Positions 36,828 through 48,159 of a DNA stretch of 64,000 nucleotides are shown piece after piece. The DNA is from Beijerinckiaceae bacterium (GTDB lineage: Bacteria; Pseudomonadota; Alphaproteobacteria; Rhizobiales; Beijerinckiaceae): the NCBI GenBank assembly GCA_965198485.1, contig CBDAPQ010000005.1:3712129-3776128 (forward strand). The letters are read 5' to 3'. Both the position numbers and the translations under genes were made by a program. Within the stretch, counting starts at the first letter, position 1, and the number at the start of each line of letters is the position of its first letter. The notes below the pieces were generated by a model. That model was not told the DNA's origin. It saw only the letters and a program-made list of their open reading frames with translations, and made no database searches.

Positions 36828-37968
36828 GATCCTGCCGACCTTTCTTTGCGCGCTCGCTGTCTTCTTCATCGGGATGCACCTCGGTACGCTCGCGATCGCC
36901 TATCTGCGCTGCCGCCCGACGCGCGCGGCGCGGGTGGCGGCGAGCCTGCCGCCGGTCACCGTCGTGCGTCCGCTGTGCGGGATTGAGACCTTCTCGCAGC
37001 GGACCATCCATGCCGCTTTCGCGATGGATTATCCACAGTTCGAACTGTTGTTCTGCGTCGCGCGCGACGACGACGCCATCATCTCGTTGGTCGAGGCGGC
37101 CATTGCCGCCAATCCTCACGTGCCGGCGCGGCTCCTCCTCGGCGACGATCCCATCAGCATCAACCCCAAGCTCAACAACATGGTGAAGGGCTGGCGCGAG
37201 GCCAGCTACCCGTGGATCGCCTTCATTGATTCCAACGTGCTGGTGCCCCCGGCCGTGATCCGCAACATCGTCGGCGCCTGGCGCGACGATACCGGGCTCG
37301 TCACCGCGCCGCCGGTCGGGATCCTGCCCGACGGCTTCGGCGCGACGCTCGAATGCGCCTTCCTCAACACGCACGAGGCGCGCTGGCAGTACGTGATGGA
37401 CGCGTTCGGCGCCGGCTACGCCCAGGGCAAGACGCTGTTCTACCGCAAGGCCGATCTCGATCGCTCCGGAATGCGCGAGCTCGCCGCCGAGCCGGCCGAG
37501 GATGCGGCCTCGACCAAGATGGTGCGCGGCCTCGGTCTGCGTGTCCGCCTGGCGCCGCCTTCGCCGCAGCCGCTCGGTGCGCGCAAGGTCGGGGACGTCT
37601 GGGGTCGGCAGCTGCGCTGGGCGCGCCTGCGCCGCGCGACCTTTCCGCTGGAGTTCTTCCCCGAGATCCTGGCCGGCACGGTGATCCCGGTGCTCAGCGT
37701 CGTGGCCGCCTGCCTCGCCGCCGGCGTTCCGGTTGCGCCGTGGCTCGCCGGCTACCTCATCGTCTGGTACGGCGCCGAGCTGGCGCTCGCCGCCGGCTGC
37801 CGCTGGCCGTTCGGCCCGACGACGCTGCCGGCGCTCGTCGCACGCGACCTGCTGCTGCCGGCGCTCTGGGTCGGCGCGTTCACCGGCTCGTCCTTCACCT
37901 GGCAGGGCAATGCCGTGAAGATGGAGAGGTCCACCAAGGTCAAGCCGACGCTGCGGCCCCGCTCCTGA
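36826..37968 (+). CDS. GT21-family glycosyltransferase (ceramide glucosyltransferase-like)
   Basis: PPVTVVRPLCG, INPKLNNM, FIDSNV and the (Q/R)xxRW motif GRQLRWARL, with N- and C-terminal TM segments. Confidence 0.8.
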   Translation: MILPTFLCALAVFFIGMHLGTLAIAYLRCRPTRAARVAASLPPVTVVRPLCGIETFSQRTIHAAFAMDYPQFELLFCVARDDDAIISLVEAAIAANPHVPARLLLGDDPISINPKLNNMVKGWREASYPWIAFIDSNVLVPPAVIRNIVGAWRDDTGLVTAPPVGILPDGFGATLECAFLNTHEARWQYVMDAFGAGYAQGKTLFYRKADLDRSGMRELAAEPAEDAASTKMVRGLGLRVRLAPPSPQPLGARKVGDVWGRQLRWARLRRATFPLEFFPEILAGTVIPVLSVVAACLAAGVPVAPWLAGYLIVWYGAELALAAGCRWPFGPTTLPALVARDLLLPALWVGAFTGSSFTWQGNAVKMERSTKVKPTLRPRS

Positions 37969-38042
37969 GCCAAGCGCCGAAGGTCGGGCGCCGATCCCGG
38001 TAGAGTGGAGCCGATGACGTCGTCTTTCCGGGGCGGCGCAGC

Positions 38043-38169
38043 CGAGCCCGGAACCCAGGACAACGCGCTCGCTTGGATCGAGCGGCATCGTTCCGCCTCT
38101 ACTTTGACCGCGTTGTCATGGCTTCCGGGCTCGCCTTCGGCGCGCCGGAATGACGGACGCGGCGTGGCC
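38043..38169. repeat. Intergenic repeat element, family B (copy 1)
   Basis: Near-identical to 43821-43959. Has internal inverted arms CCCGGAACCCAGGACAACGCG / CGCGTTGTCATGGCTTCCGGG. Confidence 0.85.
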
Positions 38170-38195
38170 GTGGGTCATCTCCGCCGGGATGCGCT

Positions 38196-38510
38196 CTAGC
38201 GCCGGCTGTATCCTATTCCCGGGCGCGGCTTGCGGGCCAGCGCCAGGATCACCAGTCCGAGCACGCCCAGCACCGCCCAGGTCGGCAGCAGGAACACGCT
38301 GGCCAGGACAGGGTCCCACAGCAGCGGCGCTTTCGCGACGACGAAGGCGTGCAGATGCTCGAATCCCTCGGGCGAGATCCTGGACAGGGTGTCGCCGAAC
38401 GGGTGCAGCACGATCCTGTTGGCCGCCACCGACGTCGTGCCGTCGATGATGATCGCGGCGAACGCCGCGGCGAGACAGGCCAGGCCGAACAGGCGAAACA
38501 GCAGTCGCAT
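38196..38510 (-). CDS. Small membrane protein (3 predicted TM segments)
   Basis: 104-aa ORF with hydrophobic N-terminal, middle and C-terminal segments. Confidence 0.5.
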   Translation of the reverse strand: MRLLFRLFGLACLAAAFAAIIIDGTTSVAANRIVLHPFGDTLSRISPEGFEHLHAFVVAKAPLLWDPVLASVFLLPTWAVLGVLGLVILALARKPRPGIGYSRR

Positions 38511-38672
38511 GCGGCGCGATCCAGCCCGTCGAGGACGCGCGAGAGCCGCGCGGTGGAGGCCGCTCTAGGCTCGCCGCGCGCCGCCGTCAAACCGAGGCTG
38601 GCGCGACGTCCGGTTCTGCGGGGTCGATCCGACAAGGACAAGCGCGGCGGGTCGGCAACGGCGGACGTCGCG

Positions 38673-39398
38673 CTACTCGATCGCCCAGCTCGCCTCGACC
38701 TCGGCCGACAGCGTCGCCGTGCCGGGCTCCACGTCCATCGTCGCCGGGCCGGCGTTGCGCGCGCGCACCACGGGCCGTACCGCCACCGCACGGTCCGGCC
38801 GCTCGACGGAGAGCAGCCGCCCGAGTCTGACACCCGCGGCCGCCGCGAAGGTCTCGGCCTGGTGGCGGGCGTCGCGCATGGCGTCGCCGCGCAGCTTGTC
38901 CTGGATCGGCTCGGGATGCGCCACGGAGAAGGACACGCCGCCGAACGTCTCGGCGCCCTTCCCGATCAGCAAGCCGGTGAGGCTGCCGATGCGCTCGAGC
39001 TCGTTGACGCGGATGCGCAGGTCGTGCGAGGCGCGGAAGCCCTTGAGCTCGCTGCGCGAGGTGCCGTCGGGGCCCCGCACCATCTCCTGCTCCTGGGACA
39101 GGTTCACGCCGGTGGTGGCGATGTCCTGCGGCTTGATCCCGGCCGTCTTGGCGGCATCGATCACGTCCTTGACCCGCCGCGCCGCCTCGTCCCAGGCCTC
39201 CTGCGCCGTCGGCTTCGCGACGCTGACGCCGACGCGGATCTCCGCCTGGTCCGGGACCACCGCCGACGCCGCCGTGCCGGTCACGGTGATGTGCGGGGTG
39301 TCGTCGAGCGAGGGCTGATCGTCGTCCTGCGCGCGGGCCGCCGAGGCGAGGGCGAGACCGGCGACGAGACCGAGCGCGGCGACAGGGGTGAGACGCAT
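38673..39398 (-). CDS. SIMPL (DUF541) domain periplasmic protein
   Basis: Signal MRLTPVAALGLVAGLALASAARA. Pattern ITVTGTA...VPDQAEI.VGV.......EA......V..VI.A....GI...DI.T.. Confidence 0.8.
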   Translation of the reverse strand: MRLTPVAALGLVAGLALASAARAQDDDQPSLDDTPHITVTGTAASAVVPDQAEIRVGVSVAKPTAQEAWDEAARRVKDVIDAAKTAGIKPQDIATTGVNLSQEQEMVRGPDGTSRSELKGFRASHDLRIRVNELERIGSLTGLLIGKGAETFGGVSFSVAHPEPIQDKLRGDAMRDARHQAETFAAAAGVRLGRLLSVERPDRAVAVRPVVRARNAGPATMDVEPGTATLSAEVEASWAIE

Positions 39399-39580
39399 GA
39401 AGCAAGCTCCGAGAGGGGTCGCGCCTAGGCGAAGAGCTGGGCTTTTTGCGGGTGCCGAGGACTCGCCCGTAGGACCTCGGCCGAAGCTGGACAGAAGACC
39501 TCGGACGGCTGCACTGAGGTCGAGATATCCGACCTCTGGTGCCGGTTGTCACCGGCAGTTCCGTCCTTGGAAAGATCGGC

Positions 39581-39916
39581 ATGGACGACCGTACCGACTC
39601 AAGAACAGACAACCTCTACGAGCGCGACTTCTACAGCTGGACGCAGGAGCAGGCTGCGTTGCTGAAGGAGGGCCGGATCTCGTCCGCCGATATCGCGAAC
39701 ATCGTCGAGGAGTTGGAAACGTTGGGACGCTCGGAACTCGGTGCCCTCGTGTCCGCATACAAGCTCGTCGCGCACCATCTTTTCAAGCTGACGTACGCGG
39801 CAGACGAGATGCGGCGAACGAGACCGGGCTCGCATAGAGCGTTTGCCTGCGAAGCCGCCCTTCACCCGGGAGGAGGCGGAAACCGGCGAGTTTTTCCCGG
39901 CGTCGTCGCCGGATGA
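39581..39916 (+). pseudogene. DUF29 family gene, apparently decayed in its second half
   Basis: NLYERDFYSWTQEQAALLKEGR...IVEELETLGRSE is the DUF29 N-terminus. The expected C-terminal signature (AETGEFFPASSP...) appears only in a different frame that ends at 39938, and the middle segment appears to be missing. Confidence 0.5.
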
Positions 39917-40242
39917 CAAGTCTCCTTTGGGGGACTGACCGGAGCTGACGCTCACGCTAAGCGTTCAAAGGGTTGAATTACCGGATGACATAGGTATATA
40001 TACCCTATGCCGTTGCAGGTTCAACCCAGGAGGTCATTGTGATCGGAGCTTGCCAGGACGCGGGTCATCCCGTTCACCGCGCCGTCTGTGCCTACCAGCC
40101 GCCCGAGCCGCCGACGGGTCCGACGCCGTTGCAGCGGATGCGCGAGACGCTCCGCCTCCGCTTCGGAACGCCTCACCCGGACGAGCCGCGCGATGCCGAA
40201 GAGTCGGAGCCGCCGGACTGTCGAAGCGGCGTGCGACCGGTT

Positions 40243-43416
<3,174 letters not shown>

Positions 43417-43577
43417 GGGCGAGGGGCAGAGGACGCCATTGCGAGCGAAGCGATCAATCCAGGAGCATGATGTGAAACGTTGCTTATCCTACTTGATTCA
43501 TTGAGGCCCGCGACTCCTTGGTTGCCTCGCATCCGTCTTCCTTTCCATTGCGCTTCCAGATTTCTACGTCCCGAAGC

Positions 43578-43730
43578 CCCCTTCTCCCCTTGCGGGAGAA
43601 GGTGCCCGAAGGGCGGATGAGGGGTCGGGCAACCTCGCCGGTCCTACCTGCCGCCGCTCCCAATTTTCCAAGATCGCCCGACCCCTCATCCGGCGCTTCG
43701 CGCCACCTTCTCCCGCAAGGGGAGAAGGGA
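43578..43730. repeat. Intergenic repeat element, family A: two inverted copies
   Basis: CCCTTCTCCCCTTGCGGGAGAAGGTGCCCGAAGGGCGGATGAGGGGTCG (43578-43626) and its near reverse complement (43679-43730). Each contains the hairpin CCTTCTCCC-N5-GGGAGAAGG. Confidence 0.85.
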
Positions 43731-43820
43731 TCGTCCTGCCTGACTCTTTCCTTGCGAGCTGGTCCCGGCAAGGTGGAGCCGTCCACGTGGCGTCGTCTTC
43801 CCGGGGGCGAGCGAAGCGAG

Positions 43821-43959
43821 AGCCCGGGACCCATGACAACGGGACCCATGACACCGCGCGTGCCGGATCGAGCGGCATCGTTCCGCCTCTCTTTCGACCG
43901 CGTTGTCATGGATTCCGGGCTCGCCTTCGGCGCCCCGGAAAGACGGACGCGGGGTGCCG
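43821..43959. repeat. Intergenic repeat element, family B (copy 2)
   Basis: GGATCGAGCGGCATCGTTCCGCCTCT.TT.GACCGCGTTGTCATGG.TTCCGGGCTCGCCTTCGGCGC.CCGGAA.GACGGACGCGG is shared with 38075-38169. Confidence 0.85.
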
Positions 43960-44037
43960 CGGCTTGTTTGGCGGGATGCGCGCTTGCGTGCCGGACGTCG
44001 CTTCCGTTCAGATGTCGATTGATCAGGAGAAGCCACC

Positions 44038-44907
44038 ATGTGCGACGACGACATCCACCAGGGCATCGCCCATGACCCCGGCCTGTCGAGGCGCGACTTC
44101 GCGCTGACGTCGGGCACCGCCGCGCTGGTGCTCGCCACCGGCGCGGCCGCAGCGACCGCCGACGTGGTCGAGACCGACGTCGACATCAAGACGCCCGACG
44201 GCACGGCGGACGCCGCGCTGTTCCGCCCCTCGGCCGCCGGCAAGCACCCGGCGGTGCTGATCTGGACCGACATCCTCGGCCTGCGGCCGGTGTTCCGGCA
44301 GATGGGTCGCCGCCTCGCCGCGCAGGGCTACGTCGTGCTGGTGCCCAATCCGTTCTACCGCGTGCGACGCGCGCCGATCGTCGACGGCGCCTTCGATTTC
44401 ACCAAGCCCGAGGACCGCGCCAAGGTGATGCCGCTCGCCGCCGCGCTGACACCGGAGGGCGGCGCCAGCGATGCCAAGGCGTTCGTCGCCTTCCTCGACG
44501 CGCAGCCGCAGACGGACACGGGCAGGAAGGCCGGCGTGCAGGGCTATTGCATGGGCGGCCCGCTCGCCTTCCGCACCGCCGCCGCCCGCGCCGACCGCAT
44601 CGGCGCCGCCGCCACCTTCCACGGCGGCGGCCTGGTCACGGACAAGCCGTCGAGCCCCAACCTGCTGATCCCGAAGATGAAAGCGTCCTTCTACTGCGCC
44701 GTCGCCGCCAACGACGACAAGAAGGACCCCGCAGCCAAGACGGTGTTGCGCGATGATTTCGCCAAGGCGCAGCTGCCGGCCGAGGTGGTGGTCTACGAGG
44801 GCGCCAACCACGGCTGGTGCGTCGCCGGCAGCGCCACCTACGACGCGGACGCCGCCGAGCGCGCCTGGGCGAAGCTCACGGAGCTGTACGCCAAGGTGCT
44901 GGCCTGA
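44038..44907 (+). CDS. Dienelactone hydrolase family protein, Tat signal
   Basis: LSRRDFALTSGTAALVLATGAAAA. Nucleophile motif VQGYCMGGPLAF. C-terminal HGW. Confidence 0.85.
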   Translation: MCDDDIHQGIAHDPGLSRRDFALTSGTAALVLATGAAAATADVVETDVDIKTPDGTADAALFRPSAAGKHPAVLIWTDILGLRPVFRQMGRRLAAQGYVVLVPNPFYRVRRAPIVDGAFDFTKPEDRAKVMPLAAALTPEGGASDAKAFVAFLDAQPQTDTGRKAGVQGYCMGGPLAFRTAAARADRIGAAATFHGGGLVTDKPSSPNLLIPKMKASFYCAVAANDDKKDPAAKTVLRDDFAKAQLPAEVVVYEGANHGWCVAGSATYDADAAERAWAKLTELYAKVLA

Positions 44908-44920
44908 CGCGGGCGGGAAT

Positions 44921-44972
44921 CTCCTTCCCCCTTGTGGGAGAAGTGACGCGAAGCGCCGGATAGGGGGTCGCT
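44921..44972. repeat. Intergenic repeat element, family A (additional copy)
   Basis: CTCCTTCCCCCTTGTGGGAGAAGTGACGCGAAGCGCCGGATAGGGGGTCG lies directly after the stop of the 44038..44907 gene. A hairpin-only copy is at 17467-17489. Confidence 0.75.
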
Positions 44973-45198
44973 CGATCCTGGGAAGTTATGAGCCGCCGCG
45001 CATCGATCGATGGACGCGGCGGAGACAGCGTGCACCGCACGCTGAAGCCTAGTCTAGCACTACGATCCTCGTCGTGGAGACCACCGAAGGTTGAGGTGCG
45101 GCCCGATCCTTGCTCGAATTACGCGCGATTAACGCCGCTTTAACCATCCATCTCACCAAATGGTGTGAAGGCGGATTGGCGCGGGAAGGGATAGAGTT

Positions 45199-46008
45199 TT
45201 GCTCGAGGACGCACTTGTCAGCCATCAAGATTGCGGCGCTGCCGCCGAGGGCTGGACTGTAAAGGCGCCGACGCGCCGCATCCTCGTAGTGCTGCATCAG
45301 GAGCACTCCAGCCCCGGCCGCGTCGGCCGACTTCTACGTGAAGCCGGATACAGCCTTGACATACGTCGACCCCGGTTCGGCGATCTTCTGCCGCGCACGA
45401 TGGACGCGCACGACGGCGCGATCGTCTTCGGCGGTCCGATGAGCTGCAACGACGACGAAGCCTGGATCCGCCAAGAGATCGGCTGGATCGGCGTGCCGCT
45501 GCGTGCCGGAAAGCCGTACCTCGGCATCTGCCTCGGCGCGCAGATGTTGGCGCAACACCTTGGCCAACGGGTCGCGCCGCACCCGCAAGGACGGGTCGAA
45601 GTGGGGTTCTACCCCATCCGCGCCACGGCGCACGGTCTTCGGGCCTGGCCAGAGAACTTCCCGACCAAAGTCTACCAATGGCACCGCGAAGGCTTCGACC
45701 TGCCGGCCGGCGCGACGTTGCTGGCCGAGGGCGACGACTTCGCGGCACAGGCGTTCCGCTACGGCCGCGGCGCGTACGGCTTGCAGTTTCACCCGGAGGT
45801 GACCTATCAGATGATGTGCAGGTGGACCACCGCCGGCAGCGAGCGCATGGCCATGCCGGGCGCCTTCTCGCGCGAGCACCATTTCCGCGACTGGTACCAG
45901 CACGATGCTATGGTGGCGCGCTGGCTCTCCTCTTTTCTCGGTCGTTGGCTCGCCGGGGAGTCCGCACGCGCCCTGCGCCCGATGACGCCGCAGCCGCGCT
46001 TCGCGTGA
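45199..46008 (+). CDS. Class I glutamine amidotransferase-like protein
   Basis: YLGICLGAQMLA (Cys nucleophile) and LQFHPEV. Apparent TTG start. Confidence 0.8.
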   Translation: MLEDALVSHQDCGAAAEGWTVKAPTRRILVVLHQEHSSPGRVGRLLREAGYSLDIRRPRFGDLLPRTMDAHDGAIVFGGPMSCNDDEAWIRQEIGWIGVPLRAGKPYLGICLGAQMLAQHLGQRVAPHPQGRVEVGFYPIRATAHGLRAWPENFPTKVYQWHREGFDLPAGATLLAEGDDFAAQAFRYGRGAYGLQFHPEVTYQMMCRWTTAGSERMAMPGAFSREHHFRDWYQHDAMVARWLSSFLGRWLAGESARALRPMTPQPRFA

Positions 46009-46077
46009 GTGCTTGACAGAACCACCGCGCTGGCCTGCACGTTGAGAGCAGCGAAATGCCCGCGTCAGAGTGTTTGC

Positions 46078-47319
46078 ATGCCTATGCCACGCGTCCTTCT
46101 CGCCGCCATCGTCGTATCGACCCTCACCGCACCGAGCGCGGCATACGCCGGCGCCAAAGCGACCTGGAAGGATCGTTTCGACCAGATTGTCGAAACCTTC
46201 TTGGGCGACCCGGCCGCTGGCGTCGACATCGACATGAAGCACGTGCTCGATCGATGGCGGGAAATGCATCCCAAGCCGCTCGAAACGCTGTCGGCCGCGG
46301 ATGCCCGGCGTCAGCCCTCGCCGATCGAGGCCGCTCAGGACTTGGCGAAGGACAGCCACGTGGCTCTCGTGCCCGCAAGCGTGTCCGTCAAGTCTCTCAC
46401 CTTCACGGGACCCGCGGGCGACCCCCTGGCGATCAAGGTCTACACTCCCGCGCGCGCAGGCGATGACAAGCCGCTTCCCGTCGTGGTGTTCTATCACGGC
46501 GGCGGCTTCGTGCTGGACAACACCGCAGGCTCCGAAGCTTCCGCCCGTGCCATCGCCGAACCTTCCGGCGCCATCGTCGTGACGCCGGAGTACCGGCTCG
46601 CGCCGGAGCACAAGTTTCCCGCGGCGCAGGACGATAGCTTGGCCGCCTACAAGTGGGTCCTGGAGAACGCCGCCAGCTTCGGCGCAGACTCTTCGCGCGT
46701 CGCCCTGGCTGGCGAGGGCGGCGGCGCCCTCCTGGCCGCCGATACCGCGATCGCCGCCCGCAAAGCCGCTTTGCCGAAGCCGTCAGCGCTCATCCTGATC
46801 GCGCCAGCCGCCGGCACCGATCTCAAGACAAACTCCTGGCTGGAGGATTCCGCCGCGAGGCCGTGGAACAAGAAGGCCGTGGAATGGGCGCTCGGCCTCT
46901 ACTTCGCCACTCCGGACGACAGGGACGATCCGCGCATCGACCTTGTCGGCAAGGCCGATGTCGCCGGCCTGCCGCGGACGACCATCGTGACCGCCGAGAT
47001 CGATCCTCTGCGCTCGGACGGTGAACGCCTGGGCGGCAAGCTGAAACGCGCAACCGTGCCGGTTCAGATGCGCGACTATCCCGGCGTCACCCACGATTTC
47101 TTTGGCATGAGCGGCGTGGTCGAGAAGTCGGCGATGGCGCAGTCCTTCGTCGCCGACCAGCTCCGCGAGGCGTTCGCACCAAAGGCGAGCGCGACGGTGG
47201 CTCTCGAGGCGCTCGGCGTCTCGCCCTACCCCGAGGCCGCCGATCCCGCTACCAATTCGACCTCTGCCGCCACGCCGAACGTCCCGACGACGCAGCCGAT
47301 GAACGACAAGAAGAACTAG
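46078..47319 (+). CDS. Secreted alpha/beta-fold protein of the HSL/esterase-lipase family, nucleophile Ser replaced
   Basis: Signal MPMPRVLLAAIVVSTLTAPSAAYA. Oxyanion motif VVFYHGGGFV, YRLAPEHKFP, DPLRSDG and GVTHDFF are present, but the GDSAGG position reads GEGGGA. Confidence 0.8.
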   Translation: MPMPRVLLAAIVVSTLTAPSAAYAGAKATWKDRFDQIVETFLGDPAAGVDIDMKHVLDRWREMHPKPLETLSAADARRQPSPIEAAQDLAKDSHVALVPASVSVKSLTFTGPAGDPLAIKVYTPARAGDDKPLPVVVFYHGGGFVLDNTAGSEASARAIAEPSGAIVVTPEYRLAPEHKFPAAQDDSLAAYKWVLENAASFGADSSRVALAGEGGGALLAADTAIAARKAALPKPSALILIAPAAGTDLKTNSWLEDSAARPWNKKAVEWALGLYFATPDDRDDPRIDLVGKADVAGLPRTTIVTAEIDPLRSDGERLGGKLKRATVPVQMRDYPGVTHDFFGMSGVVEKSAMAQSFVADQLREAFAPKASATVALEALGVSPYPEAADPATNSTSAATPNVPTTQPMNDKKN

Positions 47320-47353
47320 CGACGGCTCGCCGGCAGCCGTGCTAACGCGCGGC

Positions 47354-48154
47354 ATGGCTCGCAGGAACAAGCATCCGTCCGCGCAAATCAACGCCCGACC
47401 GCCGTATGACTCGGCGCGGGAACGGAGGTCTGCACGCGGCGAGACGGTTGAAATCTACGGCTTTCACGCGGTGCTGGCAGCGCTGACGGGCCGTCACCGC
47501 AGGCTGCACGCGATCCACGCCACGACGGCCGCCGCGGGGCGGCTCGCCTCCGAGATCGCAGCTGCCGGCCTCACGGCGACGATCGCGACGACCGAGGAAA
47601 TCGCACGACGCCTTCCGTCCGCCGCCGTGCATCAGGGTGTGTTGCTCCTGGCCGGCCCCATCGAGCTCATCGACCTCGGCGACATCGTCGATCGGAGCGG
47701 CATCGTGCTGGTGCTCGATCAGATTACCGATCCCCACAACGTCGGCGCCATCGTGCGCACCGCGGCGGCCTTCGCCGTAGATGCGGTCGTGACCACGGCG
47801 CGGCACTCGCCCGAACTGTCCGGCGTGCTCGCCAAGGCGGCTTCGGGAGGTTTAGACCACGTGGCTGTTGCGGAAGTTGTCAATCTCGCCCGCGCGCTCG
47901 AGGAACTCGAGCAGATGGGCTATTGGCGCATCGGGCTCGACAGCGACGGCGAAACCAGCTTCGAGGCGGCACCGCTGCGTCGTCCGGTAGCGCTGGTCCT
48001 CGGCGCCGAGGACAAGGGCCTGCGTCGCCTCACGCGGGACGGTTGCGACGTCGTGGCCCGGCTCGACATGCCCGGTGCCATCAAGAGCCTCAACGTATCT
48101 AACGCCTGCGCCGTGGCGCTCACGATGGTGTGCCAGCGCCTGCCGCCGGCCTGA
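47354..48154 (+). CDS. rlmB: SpoU/TrmH-family RNA 2'-O-methyltransferase (RlmB-like)
   Basis: VLVLDQITDPHNVGAIVRTAAAF, ALVLGAEDKGLR and IKSLNVSNACAVAL. Confidence 0.8.
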   Translation: MARRNKHPSAQINARPPYDSARERRSARGETVEIYGFHAVLAALTGRHRRLHAIHATTAAAGRLASEIAAAGLTATIATTEEIARRLPSAAVHQGVLLLAGPIELIDLGDIVDRSGIVLVLDQITDPHNVGAIVRTAAAFAVDAVVTTARHSPELSGVLAKAASGGLDHVAVAEVVNLARALEELEQMGYWRIGLDSDGETSFEAAPLRRPVALVLGAEDKGLRRLTRDGCDVVARLDMPGAIKSLNVSNACAVALTMVCQRLPPA

Positions 48155-48159
48155 CCCGC

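Noticed and set aside
36826-36869. Apparent overlap of the divergent starts of the PBP gene (36869) and the GT21 gene (36826).
   Set aside because: The PBP N-terminus upstream of the signal-like segment is probably not translated. It reflects choice of start codon in the ORF track, not a real overlap.
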